DNA of 64,000 nucleotides from Eledone cirrhosa (Eukaryota). Below are positions 48,327 to 61,094 of this stretch, piece by piece. Position 1 is the first letter of the stretch. Every line of letters begins with the position of its first letter. The notes under the pieces were generated by a model. The model was not told the origin of the DNA, ran no database searches, and saw nothing but the letters and a program-made list of their open reading frames with translations. Location of the stretch: positions 78,058,001-78,122,000 of the forward strand of contig OZ024743.1 in assembly GCA_964016885.1 (NCBI GenBank). Reading direction: 5' to 3'. The translations under genes and the position numbers were made by a program.

Positions 48327-51190
48327 TTCATTTATTAGCCACAAGGGCCGCCATGTAGAGGACAATACAAAGACAGGAACAGTGGGGGTTTAAAATAAGG
48401 TTGAGTAAAAGTACACAATGGCAAGACTAATTTAACAATGAAGATATGAAAAATATAAAATATAAAATAAACTATGCATAAATATAACAAAATAAATTCC
48501 CTGATAGGAGGTGGACGACCCTGGGGTGACTCAGGTACCCCACCAATCCTGAACCACCCTGCGCTTCTAGGGCAGCCCTCTCCTCAAGTTAGCTAGCCTA
48601 TAGGCGCATGGTCAGAGTAGGCCCATTCACATGGGCCATTCTTGCCACATTCATCTACCTTTTAGCAAATGTACTGGGGGGGGGGGCAGCACTTCTTTCT
48701 CCGCCCTCACCTTCCTTTCCAGATGAAACTTGAAGAAGTTGATGAGGGATTGGCCGAAGAGAAAAGTGTCTGTCTTCAGTCCTTTTAATCTGGTCCACCA
48801 TATAACCTCTTTCGCAACGGCCACCAGACAGAGGAAAATTTCCTGCTCTTCCTGACCTAAGGAAGGCGGCGGGTCGATCTTCACTATGGACTCGGCCGAT
48901 AGCCGGATTCTTACTACACGCGACAGTAGCTGTTCGACATAACTACACAAGTCAGTAATGCACGGACTTTGGACAAGTGCGTACAGAACGGTTTCGTCGT
49001 TCTGTGCGCATCTTGGGCAGGTCCGTCTGACAGAACTTCCGTGCCTATAGAGTTTATCCCGAACCGGCAGTGCTCCTCGGTAGAACTGCCAAGCGAGGAA
49101 TTTCTGGAAATTGTCCATCGTCCCCGGCTCGAAAGTCCTCCGGTACAGACTGGTCAGTTCGACTTCGTCGAGGACCTAAGCTTCTCCGAGTGCGTCATCG
49201 CACTTGCCCACCACTAATCCTTTATAGAACTCGAGAGTGGAAGTTTCACTGATCGCATTGTCCGCTTGATCGAGGGCAGTGAGTGCCTGGCAACATCCCA
49301 GGTGCCAGTCACCCTGTCTCGGTCTCTTCTTGACCCAGGACTGCAGCTCAGTCAAAGAAACGAGCTGCGGAAAGGTCCATTTGATAAACGGCGACCACAC
49401 CTGTTCACCGTTTAGGCAGAATATCTGGAGATGTCGTAGCCTCAACGCATGTCTGCGTATCATTAGCCATGGCATGCCCAGCCCTCCGCGTAGAGGGTGC
49501 TGGCAGCAGATGGACCGCCTCACCAACGGAACTTGTCCCCTCCACAAGAATTTGAAGAGGAGCCGTTCCAACTTGACAAGGTGCGGACGGGGCGAAGCAC
49601 GACGGTCAGGCGGTAGTAGATGACGGACGCGATGTACGCAATCGCCACCTCCCCGTGACCTTTCAGTGATAGCTTCCTCCCAGCCCATTTTTGGGTGAGA
49701 CTGGCTACTCTGCTCGTTACCTCGTCCCAATTCTTTTCCACCTGGAGGTTGGTCCGAACCAAACCCCGAGCAACTTTACCGGTCCGTCTGTCCAGCGCCC
49801 CACGACGCTGTTGGACGGCATAGGCTTGCCTCTCCAGGTTCCGAGCTGCAAGCAAACCGACTTTTCCGGGCTAAGTTTGGCTCCTGTCAACCTTTCATAT
49901 TCTTTCAATAAGGTACCGACCACCTCGATTTCTGAGGTGTTCGACACCATCACTGTGATGTCGTCCGCATAAGCCGATGCCGCCTTTCCACGTCCCGGTT
50001 CGAGCGGGATGCCCTGCAACAGCTCCAGCTTCCGCAGTAAAGGCTCGAGAGTCAATATGTACAGAAGGAAAGAGAGAGGGCACCTTTGACGGACCGATCG
50101 GGAGAGCCGAAATGGTTCCGATAGGTGGCCATTAACCTTGACCACCGACCGTGTGTCGCTGTGCATTGCAGCGATCCAGCTTCTGAAGACAGGGCTGAAG
50201 CCAGCCGCTTTGAGGACAAACTCCAGATACTGGTGGTCGACCCTATCGAATGCTTTCGATTGATCTAAATTGATCAGTGCCCCACCGAAGCCAGGTTTAC
50301 ACCCTACCCTCTCTATGATTTATCGCATGAGGTGAAGATTGTCGTGTGTGGACCTTGATGGGATTGCGCAAGTTTGCGCCTCCCCAACCAAATCTTCAAC
50401 GACAAGCGCCAATCTCTTTGCTAACACCTTCGTCAAAATCTTAAACTCTGTGTTGAGCAGAGTTATAGGCCTGAAGTTGTCTAATGTATCCCTCTTGTTC
50501 TCTTCTTTCCTTATCAGCGTCACCACTGCCCTGCTCACAGAACTGGGAATACTCCCATTCTGCTGCCAGTTGCAGTAGAGGGCTTCGAGGAGATCGGAGA
50601 ACAAGTCTTGCATATTTACGTAAAGCCCGTAGGGCAGGCCATCCAAACCGGATGAGTTGCGGCTCATTCAGCCGACAAGGGCGTCCTGAATCTCGGCCTT
50701 TTCTATTTTTCTCTAACGCTAGTTCTTTGCTGAACTCTATCGAAGTTACTCTAATCTCTCTTTTGAGAGCCCCCCACCATCTGTTGTTGATGATCCCCCC
50801 TGTCAACTTTTGCTTAACTAAATTGTTGACTCGGTCCCTGTAAGCCTTACGTGCCGGAAATGACATGTTCAGCTTCCAGTAATCCGGTCCCAACCTACGC
50901 GTTTTATCTAGGTCGACCATACAGATCACAAATTTGTGATCTGATTAGGCGACCGTTTTAAAAAGTGGGCAGCCTACACTATTTCTATCTATTTTCCTAA
51001 TGAAGATCCTGTCTATATACAATCTAGATGACACCATGCGGTTGGTTCATGTCCATACTGGCGCATTGGGGAAATCTAGTCGATACCTGTCAGACAGTTG
51101 GAACTGGCTGATTAGGTGCTTGAGGCTTTTGCACCCCCCGCTCCTATCAGCTACTCCCACACAATCCCAGCGTGCGTCTAAGATGCCGTT
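48327..51190 (-). mobile_element. 5'-truncated Tx1 LINE (copy 3, different subfamily) with an internal deletion near 50680
   Basis: RT and CCHC fragments (AYADDI, CPRCAQNDETV); bounded by AAT repeats at 48294-326 and 51191-203. Confidence 0.92.
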
Positions 51191-51600
51191 AATAATAATA
51201 ATTGTTTCTACTTTTGGCACAAGGCCAACAATTATCCCAGTGTATTACTGGTACTTTATTTTATCAACCCCGTAAGGATGAAAGGCAAAGTTAACCTCGG
51301 AGGGATTTGAACTCAGTCCATAAAGGGCCGTAACTCTTTGCGGCAAAGCATGGCGTCCGACCTTCTACCGATACTGCCAATCAACCACCCATACAACTAC
51401 ATAATAATAATAATAATAATTGTTTCTACTTTTTGGCATAAGGCCAGCAATTACCCAGTACATTACTGGTACTTTATTTTATCGACCCCGTAAGGATGAA
51501 AGGCAAAGTTGACCTCAGCGGGATTTGAACTCAGAATGGAAAGGGCCGTAACTGTATGCATCAAAGCTTGACGTCCGACCCTCTACCGATACTGCCAATC
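51191..51600 (-). mobile_element. Two tandem Nin/Deu-domain-like SINEs
   Basis: Reverse complements of the 34.2-kb SINEs, each with an (ATT)n tail. Confidence 0.88.
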
Positions 51601-51604
51601 ACTG

Positions 51605-54130
51605 TTTTACGTCCATTCTTCCACGTTAGCATGGGTTAGATGGGTTGTCCTGTTGTGGGCAATGCCAGGTCAGGTGACTATGTCTTGCTCATACAGAACT
51701 GATTTGGGCTTGATTTCTACAGCTGGATGCCCTTCCTAACATCAACCTCATTTACAGTGGGTTCTGGGTGCTTTTTAACATGGCACCTACACAACCACTT
51801 TACAGTGTGGGCTGAGTGATTTTTTGTCATGACACCTGGGGCCATATTGTCTATAAGCTTCAGCTTCAGCTTGTACCCATGAGAAGAAGGGTCTTCTGTA
51901 TTACTGCATAACGCCAGCGGTCTCAGTCTGTGTCATTGCCTTTGAGAGGTGCAATTGGGCAAGATCAGCTTTTATCACCTCATCCCAGGTCTACTTTGGT
52001 CTCCCTACTCCAAGACATCCATCGACTTTTAGTGCTCTGCACCTTTTTATGCAGCTGTCATCCTTCATACGCATCACATATCCATACCAACATAATCTCC
52101 TCTCCTGCACACAACATTTGATTCCTCTGATGCCTAGTCTCTCTCTTAATTCATTTATGCTTTGCCATTCGCGTATATTACACATTCGCATATATTACAC
52201 ATCCATCGGAGCATGCAATCTTCATTTCTTTCTAATCTACACAAGTCTTGTGCACAACACCCAGGTCTCACTACCATGCGACATTGCTTTCATATGCACG
52301 AATCATACAGTCTGCTTTTCATTTTGAGGGAAAACCCTTTTGCAGCTTGCAGTGGTAGTAACTCCCTGAACTTGCTCCATCCCGTTCTTAATCGGGCTAC
52401 TGTACTTTCAGAACACCCACCTTCACTGCTAATTCGCTCACTTAGGTAGCAGAAGCTGTCTACTGTTTCTACCAAGCCCTCTCAGAATTTGGTAGTGCTT
52501 GTTTCTTGTGATCATTTACTGCTTACTGTCCCAGTGCAGCTGTTACATGTAAAGCGTATATTCTTAGCTAAACTTCCTTACATTCCACTACACATCTTGT
52601 GTACCCATTGTTTACATATGGGGCAAAGGATGAAATTTCTACCTACACCTTTCCTACATACTCAGCAATGCCATTTCCCTGAGGGGATCTGGGTTCTGTT
52701 TTCTCTTCTACTTACTAGGACCTTAGTCTTTGTCAGGTTGACTTTGTGACCCCGTCTTTCTAGGCCCTGCTTCCATGTTTGGAATTTCTTCTCTAGTTCC
52801 ACTATAGATTCAGCGATAAGTGTAAGATCATCCATGTACAGACATTCCCATGGGCATCCGGTCTTAAACTCCTCTTTTATAGCCTGCAATATGATAATAA
52901 ACAGGAGAGGGCTAAGATCAGAGCCCTGGTGGACACCAACCTGTATGATAAATTCCTCGCTATAGTCATTGTTAACCCTAACTTTGCTGACTGCTCCCCT
53001 ATACATGGCTTGTACACCATTCACAAGCCATTCATCTACTCCTAGTTTTCTAAAAGCCTACTAGATTATAGCACTGGGCACTCTGTCGAAGGCTTTTTCC
53101 AGATCGACAAATACCAGCTAGAGCGACTTACCTTTAGCTAGGTACTTTTCCTGTAACTGCTTCACAAGGAAGAGTGCATCAGTGGTGCTTTTTCCTGGCA
53201 CAAACTTAAACTGCATCTGATCTAGATTTACCCTGTCCCCAATCAGCTGTGCTATAACTCTTTCTGTTATTTTCATGACCTGGTCCATCAGCTTTATACC
53301 TCTATAGTTTCCTCTATTTAGTGCATCTCCTTTACCCTTGTAGCAGTTGACAATGTTGCTGTTGTGCCAATCATTTGTAATGATGCTTTCTAGTATTAGT
53401 TAACAATATGTATAGTTATGGTGTGACCTGCCGACCCAGATGCTTTCAGCATCTCGGCAGCTATACTCGATGGACCAGTTGCTTTCCCAGTCATCATATC
53501 CTTAATTGCCTTACTTACTACACTGCTGCTGACTTGTATTGCTTGGGCCTCTATGGGGTCCACTTGGAGTAGCGTCCCTTTCTCCCATGAATTCTCCTCA
53601 TTTAGTAAACTTTCATAATGGCTCTTCCACACAGCTTTCTTCTCGACACTTGTGAGAAAAAGCTCACCTTTATCACCCTGGACATACTTCTCACCAATGA
53701 CATCACAATTTTCTCTAACACACTGCCTCACAATCTTGAACAGTTTGTTAAGGCAGTAGTATGCATTAAGGACACATAAAACCTATCCTTATGCTCGTCT
53801 GGCAACCCAGATTGGGGTACGTAAGCTGATATAAATGTAGCAATTGTTTTATTCAAGACTAGTCTGAATTTAATGATTCTTGCGTTTACCCAGTTCACTG
53901 AGATTATCTTATCCACGCATTTGTCAGCAAATAAGAAACCTACACCACCCAACTCATTGTCATTTCCCACCCAGAAAAATTTGTAGCACTGATTTTTGCC
54001 TACAAGGACTCTAGCAGACTCTCCTCTCCCTCTAGTCTCTTGCACACAACATACACCAATTTCCATTTGCTCTAACTTCTCTATGATTTCTCTTGCTCTT
54101 CCTTTCATTGTGCTCACGTTGATGGTGCCA
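51605..54130 (-). mobile_element. Decayed RTE-clade LINE with internal deletion
   Basis: CCVQETR, GGVGFL, SAYVPQ (APE); GVHQGSDLSPLLF, YMDDL (RT); the 3' tail is shared with the SINE-like repeats. Confidence 0.88.
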
Positions 54131-54454
54131 AATCAGAGTTTTGGGCATTTGTCATCACTGGTGGGGAGGGTGTATTTTTGTGGGGTAATGTGTATGATTT
54201 CTGTCTCTGAATTAAAGCTTTTGCATGGAAGCTTGGTAACTCGTGGATTCATATTTATTTATTTCGGGTTGTTCCATCATCTTCAGCTCATCCATAGATA
54301 ATTATAAACAATAATTTCTTCAGGGCAAGGATAGAAAAGACGGTAGTAGTAATGGCAGAATTGTTGGCGTAGGTAATGGGTGAGGATATGTTGTATATCA
54401 TCATCATCATCATCTTCGTTTAACGTCCATTTTACACGCTAGCATGGGTTAGAC

Positions 54455-54484
<30 letters not shown>

Positions 54485-54485
<1 letters not shown>

Positions 54486-54785
54486 TTGGTTCCTTTACCG
54501 GTTTTGCAGTTCTTCTGCTTTTCAAAAGTAGAGTTGAGATGGAGGGTCTGTGGTTTTGCTCACATCTGATTGGTCTTTGAATGTTACTTGTTTTATATGG
54601 AAAAAAGTGGCTCGAAACGCCAGGTTTTTAGAGAAGTAATTTGATTGGTTGATCAATAAGTATAATAAATTTCAAAATAAGACTCCAGTTGCATTTTGGA
54701 TTTCATCTTTTTTTCTTTATACTTTCACTCGTGTAGGACATCTCGGTTATTTTCCATTTTGTAAAAAAAACCTCACTTTCTAATA
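54485..54785 (-). mobile_element. Rearranged pseudo-LTR copy of the 13.8-kb Penelope element, with G12A-mutated hammerhead (54493-54528)
   Basis: 54485-54673 matches 13885-14075 directly; 54683-54770 is the reverse complement of 13772-13859. Confidence 0.8.
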
Positions 54786-54801
54786 ATATATATATATATA
54801 T

Positions 54802-55066
54802 ATAAAAAAACGAAAAATCAGTGATGCATCTGGACTCAGTTTATTGCGTGTTACAATTGTTTCGCCGGCAGGTAGCCCGAGACATGATCACTGTATGGAT
54901 CTGGCTGAAATTTGCTCCGAATGAACTACCCGTGTCCGAAGGAACCTGCAGCCGTAGAATCAGACAGATCCATACAGTGATCATGTCTTGCGCTACCTGC
55001 CGGCGAAACAATTGTAACACGCAATAAACTGAGTCCAGGTGCATCACTGATTTTTCGTTTTTTATA
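54802..55066. repeat. Inverted repeat with ~107-bp arms and a ~51-bp spacer
   Basis: 54802-54908 versus 54960-55066, with few mismatches. Confidence 0.92.
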
Positions 55067-55329
55067 CTATGCACACTCTACTCTGTATGAATATTGAGTG
55101 CTAATTTTGGCATACCGCCTATGGAAGCACCATAGCTACCATTATACACAAGTATATATATATATATATAGTATAATAATAAATTTGAAGACTAAAATCC
55201 AAAGAGGACTCGATAAGGATAAATATATATCAAATATATAAGAACCGTAGAGCAAATATTTATTAAAATAACAGATCCGTTAAGAGTGAAAGCAACGATT
55301 TTTGCTTAAACTTTAATCTGTTATTTTAA

Positions 55330-55445
55330 TAAATATACATATATATATATATATGTGTATGTATGAATATATATATATATGTATGTATGTATATATATAT
55401 GTATGAATATATATATATATGTATGTATGTATATATATATATGTA

Positions 55446-55534
<89 letters not shown>

Positions 55535-55592
55535 ATATATATATATATGCATGTATATATATATATATATATAGATATATATATATATATAT
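55330..55592. repeat. (TA)n/(TATG)n microsatellite
   Basis: Directly visible. Confidence 0.95.
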
Positions 55593-55595
55593 TTA

Positions 55596-55926
55596 TGGAG
55601 GCACATGGCTTAGTGTTTAGAGCCTTGCAATCGAACGGTTGTGAGTTCAATTCTCAGACCGGGTGATGTGTTGTTTCCTTGAGCAAGACACTTTATTTCA
55701 CATTGCTCCAGTTTACTCAGCTGTAGAGATGAGATGATAGCGACTGGGGTCCATATCATTCCACTGCAAAGTGGTCGTGGAGGTGCCATGGTAAAAAAGC
55801 ACCCAGTACTCACTGTAAATGACGTTGGTGTTAGGAAGGGCATCCAGCTGTAGAAATCAAGCCAGAATCAGTTCCCGTCCCACCCTTGCAAGCAGGGAAA
55901 AACCGGACGTATGATGAAATGATGAT
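55596..55926 (+). mobile_element. tRNA-head SINE with V-domain-like core and RTE-derived 3' tail
   Basis: A-box TGGCTTAGTG, B-box GAGTTCAATTC, core TCCTTGAGCAAGACACTT, and tail CCGTCCCACCCTTGCAAGCAGGGAAAA..GGACGTA followed by (TGA)n. Confidence 0.8.
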
Positions 55927-56069
55927 ATATATATTTATTAAAATAACAGATTAAAGTTTAAGCAAAGAATCGCTGCTTTCACCCTTAATGGGATCTTACA
56001 GCAAAGCATATACAAACTGAAAGAGAAACTAGGTATAAGAGGAATTACATTGTGCAGGAGAGGAGATTA

Positions 56070-57849
56070 CACTGTGTAACAAAAACATTTTCTTTCTCTC
56101 TTCCTGGCTTGTAATCACTTTTTTTGTGTTGCTTAGGTCCCAAATAAATTTTAAAAAAAGTGCTATTAAACAGTGAAAAGTTTGGGTTTGTAAAAATTCT
56201 AAGCTATTCACTAGAATAATTTGTATGCTGGATTTTACGTTGTATGTAAGTTTAATTTGCTTATGTTAAATGATTTTTTAAATATATGTTTCAGGTTAAA
56301 TTAAAATGATAACATAAAGAGAAATACCTAAAAGTGCAATAAAGTATAAAATTGTTAAAAAGTGGATTAAAGAGATTTATTGATACTGGGGTACCAGAAA
56401 AAGTTCCTCACTTCCCAAACCAAAAAGAAGTCAATGACTTGGTCAGGGATACGGGTCTGACCAAGTCAAATGCAGTGCTATTCGTTTCCAGGATGAAGCA
56501 GTGGAACTTGGTCAAGGAGGAACTGCAGGTGACAAGTCAGAGAAGTCGACACGAACCTTTCTCAGGCTTTTACACTCTTAGGGATGGCCTCTGCTTCTGC
56601 CATGATGTGCCTGGACTGTTTGACATTATTGGGGTGCCGTTTGTGCCCAAGGAGTAGCGGCTATTTATAGACAGCTCCACCAAAAGTTTGAAGGCTGTCC
56701 TCCTCCACAATGGAACAAGTTCCCGACACTGCCCCTAGCTCATTCAGTCTGCCTAAAGGAAGATTACTACAGTGTGAAAGTCCTCTTAGAAGCTCTGCAA
56801 TACAACCAGTACAATTGGGAAATCATTGGAGACTTCAAGATGGTGGCTTTCCTGCTTGGACTCCAAGGAGGCTTTATCAAATTCCAATGCTTTCTCTTCC
56901 TTTGGGACAGCAGAGCCACCCCTGACCACTACAAAAGAAAGAACTGGAAGCAGCGAACAGAATTTGTAGTTGGGACTCGAAACGTCATGTGGGAGCCACT
57001 GGTTGATCCCAGGATTGTGCTCATGCCGCCACAGCACATTAAGTTGGGGTTGATGAAGCAGTTTGTGAAAGCTCTCAACCAAGAATCAGCCGCTTTTAAG
57101 TACCTTCTTTAGTTCTTCCCCAAGTTATCTGAGGTCAAAATCAAAGGTGGAATTTTGTTGGACCTCAGATAAAGAAGGTGTTTGAGTCTACCGAGTTCTC
57201 CAAAAAAGCTCAATAGGATTGAGAGAACAGCATGGAACTGTATCAAGGCAGTTGTTAAGGGCTTCCTGGGCAACTACAGAGCTGAAAACTACCAGCAACT
57301 GGTGCAGGATCTGATAAAGGCTTTTGGCGCCATGGGATGCAGGATGTCGCTTAAACTCCATATGCTGGACGCTCACCTGGAAAAATTCAAGGACAATATG
57401 GGCGCCTACTCAGAAGAACAAGGCGAACGATTCCACTAAGATGTGAAAGAGATAGAGCAGAGGTACCAGGGCCGCTACAATGAAAAAATGATGGGGGCCT
57501 ATATCTGGGTCTAGTGCGGGAATGTGACCTGGACTACACCTCAAATCCAGGAAATCCAGTCATTTCCAACGTGTATCAGTTGCTTTATAAGTGTTATTTG
57601 TTTTTACTTGTTTGCTTTTGATAAGCTTGTGTAATAAAATAAATATATACTCTGTTGATTTAATTATATGAACTGATAAATTTTAAAAAATGTGTTTTTT
57701 CTGTAAAAATATGAACATTTTGAAATATCAAACTTCTGACCACAAACCCAAACTTCTGATTAAATAATAGTGTTTTTTTATAATAATGGGATATAACAAA
57801 CCATGAAATGACACTTAGAACCAGGGAACAAAAAATATGTTACACAGTG
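56070..57849 (+). mobile_element. Chapaev3-like (CMC superfamily) DNA transposon with decayed transposase (~56380-57570)
   Basis: TIRs CACTGTGTAACA / TGTTACACAGTG and 3-bp TSD TTA (56067-69, 57850-52). Transposase motifs RLFIDSS..SLKAVLLHNG, GDFKMV, LWDSRA, HIKLGLMKQFVKAL and SEEQGERFH. It is inserted into an RTE 3' fragment. Confidence 0.85.
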
Positions 57850-58214
57850 TTATGTTAGTATGGACATGTGATGTGTATGAAGAATGACAGCTGAATAAAA
57901 AGGTGCCGGGCACTCTAAGTTGATGAAAGGTATGGAATAGGAAGACCCAGGAAGATTTGGGATAAGGTGATAAAAACTGACCTTGCACAACTGCACCTCC
58001 CAAATTCAATGACATAGGACCGAGATCTCTGGCATTATGCAGTAATAAGCACAGCCTAAGCATACATCTAGTATGCATCACCTTCACCTCCATCCCCCCT
58101 TCCATACACCTCCCACATCATAACACCCCACCCATGTCCTAACAATCTGCCTCCTCACACATGCCCCTATACCCATCTCCCCAGTCCCCACACATCTCCC
58201 CTACCAAAGTCCCC

Positions 58215-58580
58215 AACACACACTGTAAAGTGGTTGTGATGGTGACACAACAAAAAGTGCCCAGCCCACACTTTAAAGTGTTCATGTAGATATCATAACA
58301 AAATGCATCCAACCCATACTGTAAAGTGGTCTTGTAGGTGTCTTGAAAAAAGCACCCAACCCCCATTATAAAGTGGTCGTGTAGATGCCACAACAAAAAA
58401 CATCCAGTTCACACTGTAAATGTGGTTGGCATTAGGAAGGGCATCCAGCTGTAGAAACCAAGCCAAAATCAGTTCTGTCTGAGGAAGACATGGTCATGTG
58501 ACCTGGCCTATACCACATGACAACTCGTCTAACACATGCTAGCGTGGAAAAAATATGTTGAGGGTGAAGATGGTGATGGT
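58215..58580 (+). repeat. ~47-bp tandem units (CACTGTAAAGTGG core) followed by a SINE/RTE tail
   Basis: About five degenerate units, then AGGAAGGGCATCCAGCTGTAGAAAC. Confidence 0.7.
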
Positions 58581-58845
58581 AATATATATATATACGTATC
58601 ATCATCATCATCATCATCATCACCATTTAATTTTATTCTATTCAGCTACAGAAGCAGTGACCCTCATTTTTACCACAACATCTAGGATGTGGGAAGGAGC
58701 AAAAGAGTCACTGACTGTGGCATCCCAAATGAGATATCTACCTCTATATCATTAAACCCTTCTAAAATGAAAAATTTATATTTAATGAGGTTTCCATTCT
58801 CTATTGAATATATGTGATTAAGATTACATTCTGTTTTCCCTACAG

Positions 58846-59000
58846 ATTTGGTCGCAAACCCATATTTCTCCTGACAAGTTCATGTGTAGCTATTTTTGGA
58901 ACTGGTAAAATCTTCATACCATCATTAACTATTTTTATGGTTCTTCATTGTATTCAAGCTGCTGCAATTGTTGGTATTGTGTTGACCCTGTATTCACTGA
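58846..59000 (+). CDS. SLC22-family exon (FGRKP, TM3-TM4), 155 nt
   Basis: CCCTACAG| and A|GTAAGT. Phase 2 completes D-R-FGRKP (MFS motif A) with the exon ending at 36041. Confidence 0.95.
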
Positions 59001-59160
59001 GTAAGTTATTCTCCAAACTGTTTTTTCTCAAAGAAATCTTTTTCGTTTCTGTCACTGCCCACTCTCCACTTAATTTCACATTCTATTTTCCTACTATCTC
59101 AAGCATAAAACTAATATATTTCTTCATTACATACACACACACACACATATATATATATAT

Positions 59161-60122
59161 ATCATCATCATCATTTTACGTCCGCTTTTCCCTGCTTGCA
59201 AGGGTGGGATGAGTCCTATTCAGCACAGCATCTCTCCACTTGTCACGGTCCTTCGTCATCTCCACCGTGAGCTTCAGCAATCTGAGGTCTGCTCTCACCA
59301 CCTTCGCCCATGTTTTTCGTGGTCTTCCTCTACTGCGTCTTCCTTCTACTGGGATTTCTTAGCACATCTTTACCCAGCGGTCATCCTCCATGCGCATCAC
59401 GTCCATACCATCTCGGTCTTCTCTCCTACACACTACAATTTATACCTTGCAGACACAGTTTCTCTCTCAACATATCCATGCTCGGCCGTTCATTGACATT
59501 GCACATCCAACGGAGCATGCTTGCCTCATTTCTCTCCAGCCATCACATATCCTCCGCAGTTGATGCCCGTGTCTCACTACCATGCAGCATCGTGCACCTC
59601 ACACAGGCATCATATAACCGGCCTTTCGTATGCAGGGGAAACCCTTCTTCATCAGCAGAGGAAGCAGCTCCCTAAACTTCTTCCAACCCGTTCTTATTCT
59701 AGATACTATGGCCTTGGAACACCCCCCTCCCATGCCAATCTGATCACCTAGGTACCGAAAGCTATCAACCACTTCTATAGCATCCACCTGCATTTGAAAA
59801 ATGTGTCTATCAATGTGACTTCTACTGTCAAATTTCCCTGTACATCTACTGCATACGTATTTCACCCTACCTGCTAGTTTGCCTGCTATCCCACTACATC
59901 TCTTGTGTACCCAAGATCTGCATTGTGTCCATTTTATAGAATTTATGCCAGTTTCTTTTCTGCATATCGAACATAGCCATTTCCTTGACGGAATCAGAGT
60001 TTTGTCCTCTTTTCTAATCATCAACACTTTTGTCTTAGCTAGGTTCACTCTCAGTCCTCTTGCTTCCAACTGCTGTTTCCATAGCCAGAATTTACTCTTC
60101 AGCTCCTCTACTGATTCTGCAG
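59161..60122 (-). mobile_element. 5'-truncated RTE LINE, same family as 10401-13455
   Basis: Near-identical 3' end ((ATC)n TTTTACGTCCGCTTTTCCCTGCTTGCAAGGG) and near-identical PHD-like region. Confidence 0.92.
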
Positions 60123-60139
60123 TGTTAAACTCATATATG

Positions 60140-60171
<32 letters not shown>

Positions 60172-60172
60172 C

Positions 60173-60212
<40 letters not shown>

Positions 60213-60719
60213 GGTAAAAAGCGGATTATCACAGATAAGCGGTACAGTAGGATTTATTTCTAGCATTTACATATGTTTCATCACCTTGTTGTCATCTTGA
60301 AATCGCTATCCTCTATCATCAATCGTGAAAAATTGAATTCAAATACAGAAGAATATATTACAATATTACTGGAGAATTTTCGAAACAGAGTTGCGGATTT
60401 CCATCAAATCGACCTTATAAGTATATACACACCCAAGGGAGATAACGGTAATATATTATTGTGTGTAATTATTCAAAAACTATATGAACTTATTCAACAA
60501 CAAGTATATTAAACTTTAGCATTCATATTACTCTATATTTACTATTGTATTTTCACAAAAAAAGGCTTTACCTCACATAATACTGACTCCATGAGATTTT
60601 GATATTAGTTATTTTGAGAACAATAACTTGACATCAGTATGATCGGCCAGTTACAGTTGGTTTGAACAGAAAGAGGTGAGAGAATTCTGACCTGATATGG
60701 CCAGTTTAAATGCTAATGG

Positions 60720-61025
60720 GTTAAGGCCATTTCTTCTGCTAAAGTAGGGGTTTAGCCTTGCAGGCCCCATGACAAGCTTCTCCATTTTTTCCTTATTGAC
60801 TGCACTCCCTCTCACTAATCCTCTGCTCTTCTTTTCTTCCTCTATTGTCTTTAGCCATATCTTTCCTGGTCTTCCCCTTCCCCAGTTTCCTATCACATCC
60901 ATTTCTATCACTTCTCCCACCCAGTCACTTTCATCCTTCCTCAATACATGCACCATCCATCTCATTCCATTTCTCTCTCCATAAAATTCATCACTGGCTC
61001 TATTCCCATCATACTCTACAATCCA
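60720..61025 (-). mobile_element. Old RTE-type LINE 3' fragment
   Basis: RW..HVLRK..W..GRGRP.K.W motif. Confidence 0.6.
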
Positions 61026-61094
61026 TTGTTTGTCTTCTTCTTCTCTTCACAAATATAAATTATATTGATAATCTTTTTTTATTTTATTTTACAG

